A stretch of 64,000 nt of DNA from an uncultured Eubacteriales bacterium (GCA_905211265.1 CAJMAC010000005.1:3290-67289), one strand, 5' to 3'. Positions 40,275-50,711 are shown, numbered from the stretch's first letter. Program-made: numbers and translations. Notes: a model not told the origin generated them from the sequence alone.

Positions 40275-40972
40275 TTATAAAACTCTTCTTACATGTGTTA
40301 TTGGCATAATATATAAATCTGTTATTACTATACCAACATTTGAGTTTAAGGCATGTACTATTTGACCATTACCAATATAAATTGCAACATGATGCGTTTT
40401 ACCACTATAACCTGATAATACTAAATCTCCTATTTGAATATTAGATATTGGCACTTCTACTCCTACATATGATTGATCATATGCAACTCTTGGTAAGTCT
40501 ATTCCATATTGTGCATAAATTAATTTAGTAAACCCTGAACAATCAGTTCCATTTGTAAGACTGTTTCCTCCGTATACATAAGGATATCCTACAAATTGTT
40601 TTGCATACTCTACTAAATTTTCTGCAACGGTATAATTCACATCATTTACTACTACAGGTTCAGGAACATATGTAGTTTCTACTACTGGTTCTTCTTCAAC
40701 AACAACTTCTTCAGTTGAAACTTCTGTATCTTCTTCATTAACTTCTTCTTTTGACTCTTTGTCTTCATCAATAATATTGGTAGATACTTCGATTTCTTCT
40801 TTAACTGTCCTTGGAGCAAGTAATGTTCCAGCATTATAGTTATAAACTAGTAAATTATTATTTTCTTTTGTTGCACAACTATTTTGTTCATTATCGATTA
40901 GTAATAAAACTAAAACTAATTCAATTATTGTTAATTGTACAATCAATATTTTTCTTATATTTTTGCTTTTCA
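40275..40972 (-). CDS. NlpC/P60 family cell-wall peptidase with N-terminal TM/signal and an acidic linker
   Basis: C-terminal NlpC/P60 catalytic region (DCSGFTKLIYAQYG ... HVAIYIGNGQIVHA). Start chosen at MKSKNIRK; the longer track ORF starts at 41051. Confidence 0.7.
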
Positions 40973-41182
40973 TGATACTTCTTATTGTTACCTCTTTCGT
41001 ATTTTTTGTGAAGACGTTTTCAATAATATCATAAAAGAAAAAGAATTGCAAACATTTTTTATCAAATATTTATAAACCCTTATAAAATAAAGAAAAAAAG
41101 TTTTTTTAGAACTTCTTTTCTTTTGTTATCTACTAGTTAATTTATAACTATTGTGTTATATTTTTCGTTAACTATTTGTAAA

Positions 41183-42085
41183 TTAATTCCATAGTTTTTC
41201 AGGATAAATTTTAGAATTATGTAATAATTTTATTTCATTTTTTACACTCTCTAAATCTTCTTTGTAAGTCATACCTAACCATTTAGCAGTAGTATTTAAA
41301 ACATGAACATCCATAATACCCTTATTCATTAATTCATTTACATAACTTGGTATTAAAAATTCACTTTTTAAATTATCAATATTATTATCTAAAAATTCTT
41401 TAAATCCTTTTTCTAAATAATCAAATATTTCTGGAGTAAATGCTAACATATTCATAGATACTAAAGTATTAGGTAATACTTCGAATGATTCTTCTTTTTC
41501 TAATGGATATGCCATAAATTTGCCATTTTCTTTTTCTATTTTACTTTCTATTAGCTCTACTAATTTACCATTTTCTTCGATTAGCACTCCTCTTTTTACT
41601 GAACCATTTTCTGTTACAGTATTAATTAAATGATATCCTACTATTGCACATGGTAATTTTTCTTTATATTCATTAATGTTTTTTAAAAATTTACTTATAG
41701 TAACAAAAGCATCTTTACCATAAAAATCATCAGCATTTACTATTGCAAATGGTTCATTTACTTTATCTTTTGCACATAGTATTGCATGACCTGTTCCCCA
41801 AGGCTTTTCTCTATCTTTTGGACAAGTATAACCATTAGGTAAATCTTTTACATCTTGAAAAACATATTCTACTTTTATTTTATTTTCAATTCTTTTACCT
41901 ACTGTATCTCTAAATATTTCGTAATTTTCTTTTTTTATAATAAATACTACTTTTGTAAATCCTACTTGAATGGCATCATATATTGAATAATCAATAATAA
42001 AATCTCCTTCATCATTTATGGGTTCTATTTGTTTTAATCCTCCAAATCTGCTACCCATACCAGCAGCCATAATAACTAATGTCAT
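41183..42085 (-). CDS. Sugar-phosphate nucleotidyltransferase (GlmU/LicC-like N-terminal fold)
   Basis: 300 aa. Signature MTLVIMAAGMGSRFGGLKQ. Confidence 0.75.
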   Translation of the reverse strand: MTLVIMAAGMGSRFGGLKQIEPINDEGDFIIDYSIYDAIQVGFTKVVFIIKKENYEIFRDTVGKRIENKIKVEYVFQDVKDLPNGYTCPKDREKPWGTGHAILCAKDKVNEPFAIVNADDFYGKDAFVTISKFLKNINEYKEKLPCAIVGYHLINTVTENGSVKRGVLIEENGKLVELIESKIEKENGKFMAYPLEKEESFEVLPNTLVSMNMLAFTPEIFDYLEKGFKEFLDNNIDNLKSEFLIPSYVNELMNKGIMDVHVLNTTAKWLGMTYKEDLESVKNEIKLLHNSKIYPEKLWN

Positions 42086-42243
42086 TTCTTTCCTCTCTTT
42101 CTAATTGTTTTTTACTAGTTATTTTATACTACCTTTTATATAATTATCCTCCTTCCTTTATATATGTAATTAAAGTATATCATGAATAAATTTTTTTGTA
42201 TAGTTTTTTACACTTCTTTACATAATAATTATGGAGGGATAAT

Positions 42244-42678
42244 ATGAATGATAAAAATGAAGTAAATGTTTTAGATGAATTAAATAAAGGATGTTCAATG
42301 GGGATTGATGCAATTGGTTACATACTTGATAAAGTAAAGAATGGTGAATTTAAAAAAGTATTAGAAATACAACTTAATGACTATAAGCAAATATCTAAAG
42401 AAATCAAAAAATTGTATCCTGATTACAGTGATAAAAAGCCACATGAAACTAGTACAATGAACAAAATAATGACTTTTTATGGTATTGAAATGAAAACTAT
42501 GACTGATGAATCTGATTCTAAATTAGCAGAATTACTCTTAAAAGGTACAAATATGGGTATTATCGAAGGAAGAAGATTACTAAACCAAAAAGATACTGAA
42601 AAAGATATTCATTCATTAATTAGTGAGTATGTAAAAATGCAAGAAAAAGCTTGTGAAGAGCTAAAAAAATATTTATAA
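42244..42678 (+). CDS. Hypothetical protein (144 aa)
   Basis: GGAGGG ribosome-binding site. No recognised motif. Confidence 0.45.
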   Translation: MNDKNEVNVLDELNKGCSMGIDAIGYILDKVKNGEFKKVLEIQLNDYKQISKEIKKLYPDYSDKKPHETSTMNKIMTFYGIEMKTMTDESDSKLAELLLKGTNMGIIEGRRLLNQKDTEKDIHSLISEYVKMQEKACEELKKYL

Positions 42679-42792
42679 ATAGTAAACTCATTTCTAATTG
42701 AATTGAGTTTTTTTATATAAATTCCCAATAATAATTGACAATACAGTCCAATAATATTATAATAAAATCAATTATTTTATGGAGGTATTAAT

Positions 42793-43446
42793 ATGAATGA
42801 AAAATTTATTGAACTAAATGATAATTTTGGTATAGTTAGTGATGATATGGGAAATTTAGACTTTATAAGTAAAAGAACTAATGAATATAGTTTTGAAGAT
42901 ATCTTATCAAAAGAAAATGAAATTGAAGATTTAGATGATAAATTACTTCAAGTAAAACATGAATTATTTTATAATAAAGAAGCTAAATTAAAAGCAGCAA
43001 AAATGCTTAATATTGCATCAATTATTCCTGGAGTATCATGTTTAATCGGAGCATTAATCACAAAAGTACCACTTCAAACAATAGTTCTTGGACCAGCAAT
43101 AGCATTTGTAGGTTTTCAAATCACTAAATTTGCCATAATAGGAAGAAAATCTAAATTTAAAGAAAAGATAAGTAAATTAAATACTCTTGCTAATAATTTA
43201 GAAACTAATTTAAATACATTAGAAAAAGAACTAGAAGATATGAAAACAAAAGTAGATTATAGCAAAACTTATAATAATATTTTAACTATACCTGATAAAG
43301 ATTATGACCCTGACGAAGTTATAGAATATAATAATTATTATGATGAAATTATGGAATATAATAAATATAATAATCATTATAATGAAATCATAGAATCTTA
43401 TCAAAATAATAGCAAAAAGTATAAAATTAAAACACTTAAAAAATAA
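42793..43446 (+). CDS. Hypothetical membrane protein (217 aa) with a central 2-TM hairpin and a coiled-coil
   Basis: GGAGG ribosome-binding site. Hydrophobic segment IASIIPGVSCLIGALITKVPLQTIVLGPAIAFVGFQI. Confidence 0.45.
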   Translation: MNEKFIELNDNFGIVSDDMGNLDFISKRTNEYSFEDILSKENEIEDLDDKLLQVKHELFYNKEAKLKAAKMLNIASIIPGVSCLIGALITKVPLQTIVLGPAIAFVGFQITKFAIIGRKSKFKEKISKLNTLANNLETNLNTLEKELEDMKTKVDYSKTYNNILTIPDKDYDPDEVIEYNNYYDEIMEYNKYNNHYNEIIESYQNNSKKYKIKTLKK

Positions 43447-43462
43447 TACTTAAATTTAGGTA

Positions 43463-43858
43463 TTATTTTATTTTTATAATATTGTCTAATTTTATTTTAA
43501 TATTACTTGTTAAAATTATCCATTTATTTATAATATCTATCTTTTTTAAATTACCTGATATAGTTAAATAATTACCCTTATCAGTTAATTTATCTTTTAC
43601 AAAGTAAGTTACTGTTACATATGGATTATTTTTAATATCATTACTTAATTTTTGTAAACATTCATTTATTAATTCTTTTTCATCATCTTCTAATATAATT
43701 TTATCTACAAGTATTTTTTCTTTTTCTTTTATTGCATCACCATAACCTGTTAAAGCACTAAATGGTGCAAATTGAGAAGCCCTTTGTGAAGAAGATAAAT
43801 TTGTTCTATACTTAGATACATGATGTGGTAAATTGATTATATTATCATATTTATTCAT
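43463..43858 (-). CDS. YolD-like protein, the accessory partner of Y-family polymerases
   Basis: 131 aa, translationally coupled (4-nt overlap) to the polymerase gene. HH...F..F pattern (LPHHVSKY ... SQFAPFSALTGY). Confidence 0.55.
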   Translation of the reverse strand: MNKYDNIINLPHHVSKYRTNLSSSQRASQFAPFSALTGYGDAIKEKEKILVDKIILEDDEKELINECLQKLSNDIKNNPYVTVTYFVKDKLTDKGNYLTISGNLKKIDIINKWIILTSNIKIKLDNIIKIK

Positions 43859-45327
43859 GCTTTATGTCCTCCAATTTGATTATTTCTTTCTACCATTGTA
43901 GAACACTCTAATAAATTTATTCCTTTTAATACAGCATTTTTACCATATTTTTCTTTTAATTCTATAACAGTCTTATTTAATTTGTTTTCTTTCTGTAATC
44001 TAGATATTTCATTTATTTCATTAACTTTATTAATATTAAATAAATTTATTTGTTTATATATCTTTTTATTACTTATTTTACTTGTCTGTTCTAAATTATT
44101 AAATACTATTGTTACTCTTTTTATTAATAATGATTTATTAACTATTTTATTATATAATTCAATTATTTTAGGAATTATTATTTCTTGACTAGATGTTTTA
44201 TATTCTAAATTTATTCTTCCATTAGAAGGTTTAGGTACTTTTCTACCATAATGATCTAATGTTAATGTACCATTATATTCCTTGTTATTAATATCATAAT
44301 CAAGTACTAATGCTACACTATCTGTTATTAAATTTTTCTTTACTAAATCTAATACTAATGAATCAATCATTTCTTTTATTATTATCTTAGTATCATTATA
44401 GTTATATGGACGATGTAATACTTGCCCAGAACTAATACTATTATTTAATGGTTTATATGATTTAATATCTTTCATGGTACATGATTCATATCCCCAAGCA
44501 TGATCTATTAATAGTTCAGCATTTACTCCAAATAAATCATATAATAAGTCTTCATTATTTATAGAACATAGTGCTATATCTCCCATTGTATAAATATTGT
44601 GTTCATTTAATTTTGTTGCATATCCTTTACCTACTCTCCAAAAGTCTGTTAAAGGTACATGACTCCATAATAATTTTCTATAAGACATTTCATCTAATGA
44701 TGCTATTCTTACTCCATAACTATTTGCTTTAGTATGTTTTGCTACAATATCCATAGCTATTTTACATAAATACATATTTGTACCTATTCCTCCAGTTGCA
44801 GTTATTCCAGTAGTATCATAAATATCTTTAATTATTTTAGTTACTAATTCTTCTTTGGATAGTTTATATGTATCCAAATAATCAGTTATATCACAAAATA
44901 CTTCATCAATTGAATATACATAAATATCTTCTTTAGATAAATATTTTAAATAAATATCATATATTTTAGTACTATAATCAATATATAATTTCATATTTGG
45001 GGATGCTATTATTAAGTCTAATTCTAAATTCTTATTACTTTTTAATTCACTATCTAAATATGACTTTGAAGTAGATTTATGATAATTATTATCTTTTAAT
45101 CTAATTTTATTTATTTCTTTTATTTTTTGCATTACTTCATATAATCTTGCTCTACCAGGTAGTCCATATTGTTTTAAAGATGGAGAAACTGCTAAACATA
45201 TTGTTTTTTCTGTACGTGTAGAGTCAGCTACCACTAAATTAGTATCTAATGGATTTAGATTTCTTTTTACACATTCTACTGAAGCATAAAAACTTTTTAA
45301 ATCTATACATGCATAAATTCTACTCAT
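43855..45327 (-). CDS. Y-family translesion DNA polymerase (ImpB/MucB/UvrX type)
   Basis: 490 aa. N-terminal ACIDLKSFYASVECV and catalytic SIDEVF motifs. Confidence 0.9.
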   Translation of the reverse strand: MSRIYACIDLKSFYASVECVKRNLNPLDTNLVVADSTRTEKTICLAVSPSLKQYGLPGRARLYEVMQKIKEINKIRLKDNNYHKSTSKSYLDSELKSNKNLELDLIIASPNMKLYIDYSTKIYDIYLKYLSKEDIYVYSIDEVFCDITDYLDTYKLSKEELVTKIIKDIYDTTGITATGGIGTNMYLCKIAMDIVAKHTKANSYGVRIASLDEMSYRKLLWSHVPLTDFWRVGKGYATKLNEHNIYTMGDIALCSINNEDLLYDLFGVNAELLIDHAWGYESCTMKDIKSYKPLNNSISSGQVLHRPYNYNDTKIIIKEMIDSLVLDLVKKNLITDSVALVLDYDINNKEYNGTLTLDHYGRKVPKPSNGRINLEYKTSSQEIIIPKIIELYNKIVNKSLLIKRVTIVFNNLEQTSKISNKKIYKQINLFNINKVNEINEISRLQKENKLNKTVIELKEKYGKNAVLKGINLLECSTMVERNNQIGGHKA

Positions 45328-45420
45328 AGTTTCACCACCAAGTAAAATATACCATTGTAAACCAATTTAGTCAATACATTTGTTTGTATTTTATGTTAGA
45401 AAAAAATTCCAATTAAGGAA

Positions 45421-45984
45421 TTATAATATTAATTTATTTACTTTTTTAAAAATTGTATTATCATATGTAAATTTATTTTCATTAACATCATGTGGTAATT
45501 CAATTATTTTTAATTTCCACTTACTAATATTTACTAATAATTTTACATTTCCTCTTTTTATTAAATAATAAGGTGATAAATCACTTGCGTTTTTTATTAA
45601 ACCATAGTCTCCACCGGTTAATAATACATCAAATACTTTTTCAGTAGTATTTAATTTTTTTGAAGTAGATAATGCGAATATTTCATCATTTCTAAAATAT
45701 TTTTCTAGTATTTCCTTATATGAACCTAACTTACTACTATATTCATTCTTGTCTAAGTCTATTGTCATAGTTAACTGTGGTAAAGTATTTTCATCATCTA
45801 ATAATGTGTCTATTGGTAAATTAAATAATTTAGATAATACTTTTAAGTTTTCAATATCAGGTAATCCTACTCCTGTTTCCCATTTTGTTATTGCTTGTCT
45901 TGAAACATTAATTATACTTGCTAAATCATCTTGTGATAATTCTAATCTTGTTCTAATACTTTTTAATTTTTCACTAAATTTCAT
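45421..45984 (-). CDS. XRE-family HTH transcriptional regulator with a C-terminal domain of unknown function
   Basis: 187 aa. HTH_XRE LSQDDLASIINVSRQAITKWETG. No S24 peptidase motif seen. Confidence 0.8.
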   Translation of the reverse strand: MKFSEKLKSIRTRLELSQDDLASIINVSRQAITKWETGVGLPDIENLKVLSKLFNLPIDTLLDDENTLPQLTMTIDLDKNEYSSKLGSYKEILEKYFRNDEIFALSTSKKLNTTEKVFDVLLTGGDYGLIKNASDLSPYYLIKRGNVKLLVNISKWKLKIIELPHDVNENKFTYDNTIFKKVNKLIL

Positions 45985-46147
45985 AATACTCTCCTTTTGA
46001 TAATTAAATTATATAATACACTATTAAATTTGTCTAGCAATATACTACCATATTAATGCTACTTTTAGTTGCTATAATATATATGATAAATTAAATAATA
46101 ATTTTATCAATTTTTATGTTATAATTAAATTATAAATGGAGGACAAA

Positions 46148-46588
46148 ATGAAGAAGTATTTTATAATTATATGTTGTATAATTCTATTAACGGGATGTGA
46201 AAATAAAAAGAATAATATAATCTCAGACAAAGAAACAAAAGTTAATGTTACTGATAATTATGGTGAAAATATTGAAATATCTGCAAAAGAATTATGTGGT
46301 ATATATGATAGTGATAATAATGAATATAATGAAAAATATTTAGGATCTAAAATTAATTTTACAGGACATATAAATCGTATTGAAACAGGTTTTACAATAA
46401 ATAATGGAGATACAATTTATAGTGAGATTACCTTTAAAGAAGGATATGTTATTACTTTTGAAAGTGATGATAGTGTTAAAGATTTAAATCTAGGAGATAC
46501 TCTTACTATTGAAGGTAATATTGGTTCAGCAGAAAATTGTAATTTTTCTAATAATATTATAATAGAAAATGTACAATTTAAAAAATAG
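46148..46588 (+). CDS. Putative lipoprotein
   Basis: Lipobox LLTGC after the signal peptide. GGAGG ribosome-binding site before ATG 46148; the track ORF begins 12 nt earlier. Confidence 0.55.
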   Translation: MKKYFIIICCIILLTGCENKKNNIISDKETKVNVTDNYGENIEISAKELCGIYDSDNNEYNEKYLGSKINFTGHINRIETGFTINNGDTIYSEITFKEGYVITFESDDSVKDLNLGDTLTIEGNIGSAENCNFSNNIIIENVQFKK

Positions 46589-46652
46589 TATTGTATTTAT
46601 AAATAAAGTATGCTAAAATAATAATGTCTTTTAAAAAAAGATATTATTTATT

Positions 46653-46729
46653 GGCCTGTTGGTGAAGTGGTTTAACACATAGCCCTCTCAAGGCTACATA
46701 CATGGGTCCGAATCCCATACAGGTCACCA
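46653..46729 (+). tRNA. tRNA-Glu-like gene with anticodon CUC and an atypical T-loop (TCCGAAT)
   Basis: Cloverleaf folded by hand. Acceptor GGCCTGT/ACAGGTC (one G-U pair), anticodon stem TAGCC/GGCTA, loop CTCTCAA, CCA end encoded. Scaffold matches Firmicute tRNA-Glu but with U34C and U55C. Confidence 0.65.
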
Positions 46730-46749
46730 ATATTTATTCTTTTATATAT

Positions 46750-46870
46750 TTTAATAAACCTGTTAGTTATTAACTATGCTCCTTTCTTTTTCATATAATA
46801 GAATCTTATTATATATAGTAGTTATTAACTAACTCCTTTCTTTATATATAAAATATAATAGCAAGAAAAA
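46750..46870. repeat. Tandem direct repeat (2 copies of about 50 bp) immediately 3' of the tRNA-Glu-like gene
   Basis: AGTTATTAACTATGCTCCTTTCTTTTTCATATAATAG and AGTTATTAACTAACTCCTTTCTTTATATATAAAATATAATAG. Each contains a ribosome-binding-site-like GGAG on the minus strand. Confidence 0.6.
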
Positions 46871-46889
46871 AGTCTTGATTATCAAAACT

Positions 46890-47534
46890 TTACTTGCTAT
46901 TTTTATTTAGCACTTTATTATTAGCTATTAAAATAAATATTATTAAATAAGATATTGAAAATAAGAATCCTGCTAAAACATCACTTGTATAATGCACTCC
47001 TAAGTATATTCTACTTATTCCTATAAAGATAATTAATATTGATATTAAAGTAATTGAAATATACTTTAATTTTTTATTTTTTACATACTTATAAATTAAA
47101 TAAATTAAGAATCCATAAAATGCCATACTTATCATTGAATGACCTGATGGAAAACTATAACCATTTTCATTTATTATTCTATTTTCTGTTGGTCTTGGTC
47201 TTTGTAAAATAAATTTAAATATTTGATTTAATATGGTTATGACAATTAAATTGGTTCCAATTAATAATCCTATTTTTTTATTTTTTATTGTTATAAATAA
47301 AACTAGTGTTAATCCTATTAAACATGTTGCTCCTCCAAAAAATGTTATTAATTTCATAACTGGAGTTATTTCTTTTTTTATTAAATATGTTTTAACAAAA
47401 TTATACCCTATTATATCTTCTTGCATTATTTCTTTATTAAATACATCTTCTGCTAATGCTAGAAATAAAATTAAACAAATAGAAAGTATTATCCATTTAT
47501 AGTTATCTTTAGTTAATTTTAATATTTTTTTCAA
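46890..47534 (-). CDS. PAP2-family phosphatase (undecaprenyl-diphosphatase-like)
   Basis: 214 aa. PAP2 motifs KxxxxRPRP, PSGHS, SRIYLGVHYTSD. Confidence 0.8.
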   Translation of the reverse strand: MKKILKLTKDNYKWIILSICLILFLALAEDVFNKEIMQEDIIGYNFVKTYLIKKEITPVMKLITFFGGATCLIGLTLVLFITIKNKKIGLLIGTNLIVITILNQIFKFILQRPRPTENRIINENGYSFPSGHSMISMAFYGFLIYLIYKYVKNKKLKYISITLISILIIFIGISRIYLGVHYTSDVLAGFLFSISYLIIFILIANNKVLNKNSK

Positions 47535-47604
47535 TATAATACACTTCCTTTTAATTATTATATCATATAAAAAGTTGAATTTTTCATCAACTTTATTTTT
47601 TTAT

Positions 47605-48510
47605 TTACAAACTATTTATTGCATCTTTTATACATTTAATTGAATATTTTATTTTTTCTTTTTCTTCATCAGTTAAAGGAATATATATTTTTTCTTTTAC
47701 ACCATCTTTATTTATAATTGCAGGAGTAGATATATAAATATTATTTTCTTTATCATATGCTGAAACTGATAAAACAAGATTTTCATCTCCTAGTATTGCT
47801 TCAGTTATTCTAACTAAACACATACCTATTCCATAGTAAGTTGCGCCTTTTCTATTTATTATTTCATAAGCTGAATTTCTTACATCTACTTCTAGTTTAT
47901 TTTTCTCTTCTTCGCTTAAATATTCATCTATTCCTTTTAAAGCAATACTTACATTACTCCAGGGAATAAATTCACTATCACCATGTTCTCCAATTACAAA
48001 GGCTTCTATTGAAGTTGGACTAATTCCAATTTTCTCACTCATTAAATATCTTAACCTAGCAGTATCTAGTGTTGTTCCTGTACCTAATACTTTATTTGTA
48101 GGTAAATTAGAATATTTATAAGTTAAATATGTCATTATATCTAATGGATTTGTTGCTACTAAAAATATACCATTAAAACCACTAGACATAACATTATCTA
48201 CTATAGATTTAAATATCTTACTATTTTTATGAATTAAATCCATTCTTGTTTCTCCAACATTTTGATTAGCTCCTGCAGATATTACTACTATTTTAGCATC
48301 CTTACAATCTTTGTAATCTCCTAATTTTATAGTTATTTTCGAAGGACTATATGCTAAACAATGGTTTAAGTCCATTACTTCTCCTTCAACTTTTTTTGTA
48401 TTAATATCTATTAATACTAATTCATTTACATATGTTTTTTGATTAAGTAATGCATAAGCATAACTCATACCTACATTACCACATCCTATAATTACAACTT
48501 TATTATTCAT
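47605..48510 (-). CDS. ldh: L-lactate dehydrogenase
   Basis: 301 aa. NAD-binding VVIIGCGNVG, catalytic-loop motif IGEHGDSEF. Confidence 0.8.
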   Translation of the reverse strand: MNNKVVIIGCGNVGMSYAYALLNQKTYVNELVLIDINTKKVEGEVMDLNHCLAYSPSKITIKLGDYKDCKDAKIVVISAGANQNVGETRMDLIHKNSKIFKSIVDNVMSSGFNGIFLVATNPLDIMTYLTYKYSNLPTNKVLGTGTTLDTARLRYLMSEKIGISPTSIEAFVIGEHGDSEFIPWSNVSIALKGIDEYLSEEEKNKLEVDVRNSAYEIINRKGATYYGIGMCLVRITEAILGDENLVLSVSAYDKENNIYISTPAIINKDGVKEKIYIPLTDEEKEKIKYSIKCIKDAINSL

Positions 48511-48581
48511 TTTATCACCAAGTTTATTATATAAAATTTTATATTTTTTAGCAATAATATAAGAAAAAAAAGTAAAAATAT

Positions 48582-50240
48582 TTAATTTCTACTTTCTATA
48601 AACATATTAATTCTTTTTTCTATTCTATCTTTACCTAATAATTTCAATATTTCATATAATGATGGAGTTTTAGTTAATGATGTTGTTATTACTCTTATAA
48701 ACTCACATATATCTCCGATATGTCCATTATAATTATTGGGATTTTCTTTATATTCTTTTACTTCACTTGCAAAATTATATTTTTTTGCTAATTCTTTTAG
48801 TTTATTATACCAAGTTTCTTCATCATCTAATTCATCATAATAATTATTTATATAATCTAATAGTATTTCATTATTAGTATTTTCATTTAATTCTACATTA
48901 TTATATACTGAATCGTTAAATAATTCATCATACATATACCAAATATTTTTCTTTATTTCTGAATAACTTTCATAATCTTTTCTTGGTTTTTTTCTTTCTC
49001 TTTCAATATTTAAAACATTAATAGAATATTCATCATATTTAACTAATAAATCATAAAAATCTTTATCAAATTCATTTGTCCAAGTAAGTAATCCATCATA
49101 AACTTCTTTGGCAGTTAACCTACTGATATAATTTTTTGAAATATTATTTAATTTTTCTATATCGAATAAAGTTCCACTAGCACTTATTTTTTTGAAATCT
49201 AATTTAAAGTTAGAAATATCTACTCCTTTATTAGTATCATACCATGCTTCAAAGTTAGAGTTTGCTATAGTAAGTAAATATAATTTTACTGCTTCAATCG
49301 GTATTCCTAATTTATGATAATATTCTACAGCAGCTTCTGGATCTTTTCTTTTAGATAATTTTCTTCTTGAACCATCTTCATCTATTTTCATTACTAAGCC
49401 TAAATGAGCATATTTTGGTACTTTAAATTTTAACTTATTAAATAATTCTATATGAAGTGGTGTAGAACTTAACCATTCTTCTCCTCTAAAAACATGAGTT
49501 GTTCTCATTAAATGATCATCAATTACATGAGCAAAATGATATACAGGAATACCATCACTTTTTATAAGTATATGATCTATGTCATTTTCAGGAAAGTCTA
49601 TTTTACCTCTTACACAATCATTTATAGTTATTTTTTTATTATAATCTCCGGTTGATTTTAAACGAAGTACATACTTTTCATTATTTTGTATCCTTTTAAT
49701 TTTTTCTTCAATAGAGATATTTCTACATTTAGCATATTTACCATAGTAACCTATTCTATCTTTTGTTTCTTCTTGAAATTTTCTTATATCTTCTAAATCT
49801 TCACTTGTACAAAAACAAGGATATGCATAATCATTTTCTACTAAATATTTAGCAAATGTATTATATATATCTATTCTTTTGGACTGAATATATGGTCCAT
49901 AGTTTCCTATTTCTTCTGTTTCTGAAATTACTCCTTCATCTGGTATAATATCAAAGTTTTTTAAATCAGATAATATTCCACTTATGCCATTTTCCACAGT
50001 TCTCTTGCCATCAGTATCTTCAATTCTTAAATAAAATACCCCATTTGTATCTTTTGGCATTTTACTTGCAATAAATGCTGTTAGTAAACTTCCCATATGA
50101 ACGAATCCTGTTGGACTTGGAGCAAATCTTGTTACTATTGCACCTTCAGGTAAATTTCTTTCTTTATATATTACTTCATAATCATAAATTGTTTTTGTAA
50201 CATTTGGATACATTACATTAGCTAAATCTTTATTTGTCAT
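48582..50240 (-). CDS. gltX: Glutamate--tRNA ligase
   Basis: 552 aa. Class I HIGH region (RFAPSPTGFVHMGS) and KMSKS-like KLSKR. Confidence 0.9.
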   Translation of the reverse strand: MTNKDLANVMYPNVTKTIYDYEVIYKERNLPEGAIVTRFAPSPTGFVHMGSLLTAFIASKMPKDTNGVFYLRIEDTDGKRTVENGISGILSDLKNFDIIPDEGVISETEEIGNYGPYIQSKRIDIYNTFAKYLVENDYAYPCFCTSEDLEDIRKFQEETKDRIGYYGKYAKCRNISIEEKIKRIQNNEKYVLRLKSTGDYNKKITINDCVRGKIDFPENDIDHILIKSDGIPVYHFAHVIDDHLMRTTHVFRGEEWLSSTPLHIELFNKLKFKVPKYAHLGLVMKIDEDGSRRKLSKRKDPEAAVEYYHKLGIPIEAVKLYLLTIANSNFEAWYDTNKGVDISNFKLDFKKISASGTLFDIEKLNNISKNYISRLTAKEVYDGLLTWTNEFDKDFYDLLVKYDEYSINVLNIERERKKPRKDYESYSEIKKNIWYMYDELFNDSVYNNVELNENTNNEILLDYINNYYDELDDEETWYNKLKELAKKYNFASEVKEYKENPNNYNGHIGDICEFIRVITTSLTKTPSLYEILKLLGKDRIEKRINMFIESRN

Positions 50241-50355
50241 ATTTTTACCTCCTAATAATCAATTTAATTACTTTTTTATTTATATGTACCTAAACTGTAC
50301 CTAATAACATATGAATATATAAAAATTCTTATAAAATAAGAATTTAAAAACAATA

Positions 50356-50431
50356 TGGTTGCCCTAATAGGATTCGAACCTATGAAATGTCGGAGTCAGA
50401 GTCCGATGCCTTACCACTTGGCTATAGGGCA
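50356..50431 (-). tRNA. tRNA-Gln (anticodon read as CUG)
   Basis: Minus-strand cloverleaf: acceptor TGCCCTA/TAGGGCA, anticodon stem TCGGA/TCCGA, loop CTCTGAC, T-loop TTCGAAT, CCA encoded. Confidence 0.8.
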
Positions 50432-50634
50432 ATTACAAAAAAAATTATAGCATAAATATATTTTTTTGTACATATATTTAATTAATTAAATTATCTATAT
50501 TATGAATATTTTATACTAAAAAACATAATTATATGATGTAATGGTAATTTTTAAGTTTTTTTTGCAAAATATTTTACTTTTTTTAAAAAAAGTATTGATA
50601 ACTTAAAAAAAATGTGTTATTATTAAAAAGCAAT

Positions 50635-50711
50635 GGACCCTTAGCTCAGTTGGTTAGAGCATCCGGCTCATAACCGGGCGGTCGTAGGTTCGAGTCCTAC
50701 AGGGTCCACCA
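50635..50711 (+). tRNA. tRNA-Met (anticodon CAU; initiator, elongator or Ile-lysidine type not resolved)
   Basis: GGACCCT...AGGGTCC acceptor, anticodon stem TCCGG/CCGGG, loop CTCATAA, T-loop TTCGAGT, CCA encoded. Confidence 0.9.

Noticed and set aside
45328-45420. LexA (Cheo) box upstream of the Y-family polymerase operon
   Set aside because: The region was searched by eye for GAAC-N4-GTTC or CGAACRNRYGTTCG, and no match was found. SOS control is therefore not asserted.
45380-45568. Plus-strand 62-aa ORF overlapping the XRE regulator gene
   Set aside because: It is antisense to a clear HTH_XRE CDS. No ribosome-binding site.
42244-46870. Calling a prophage or ICE (mobile_element feature)
   Set aside because: No integrase, recombinase, relaxase, capsid or terminase-like ORF is visible. 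Only circumstantial hallmarks are present (tRNA, direct repeats, yolD-polY cassette), so it is reported as a finding rather than a feature.
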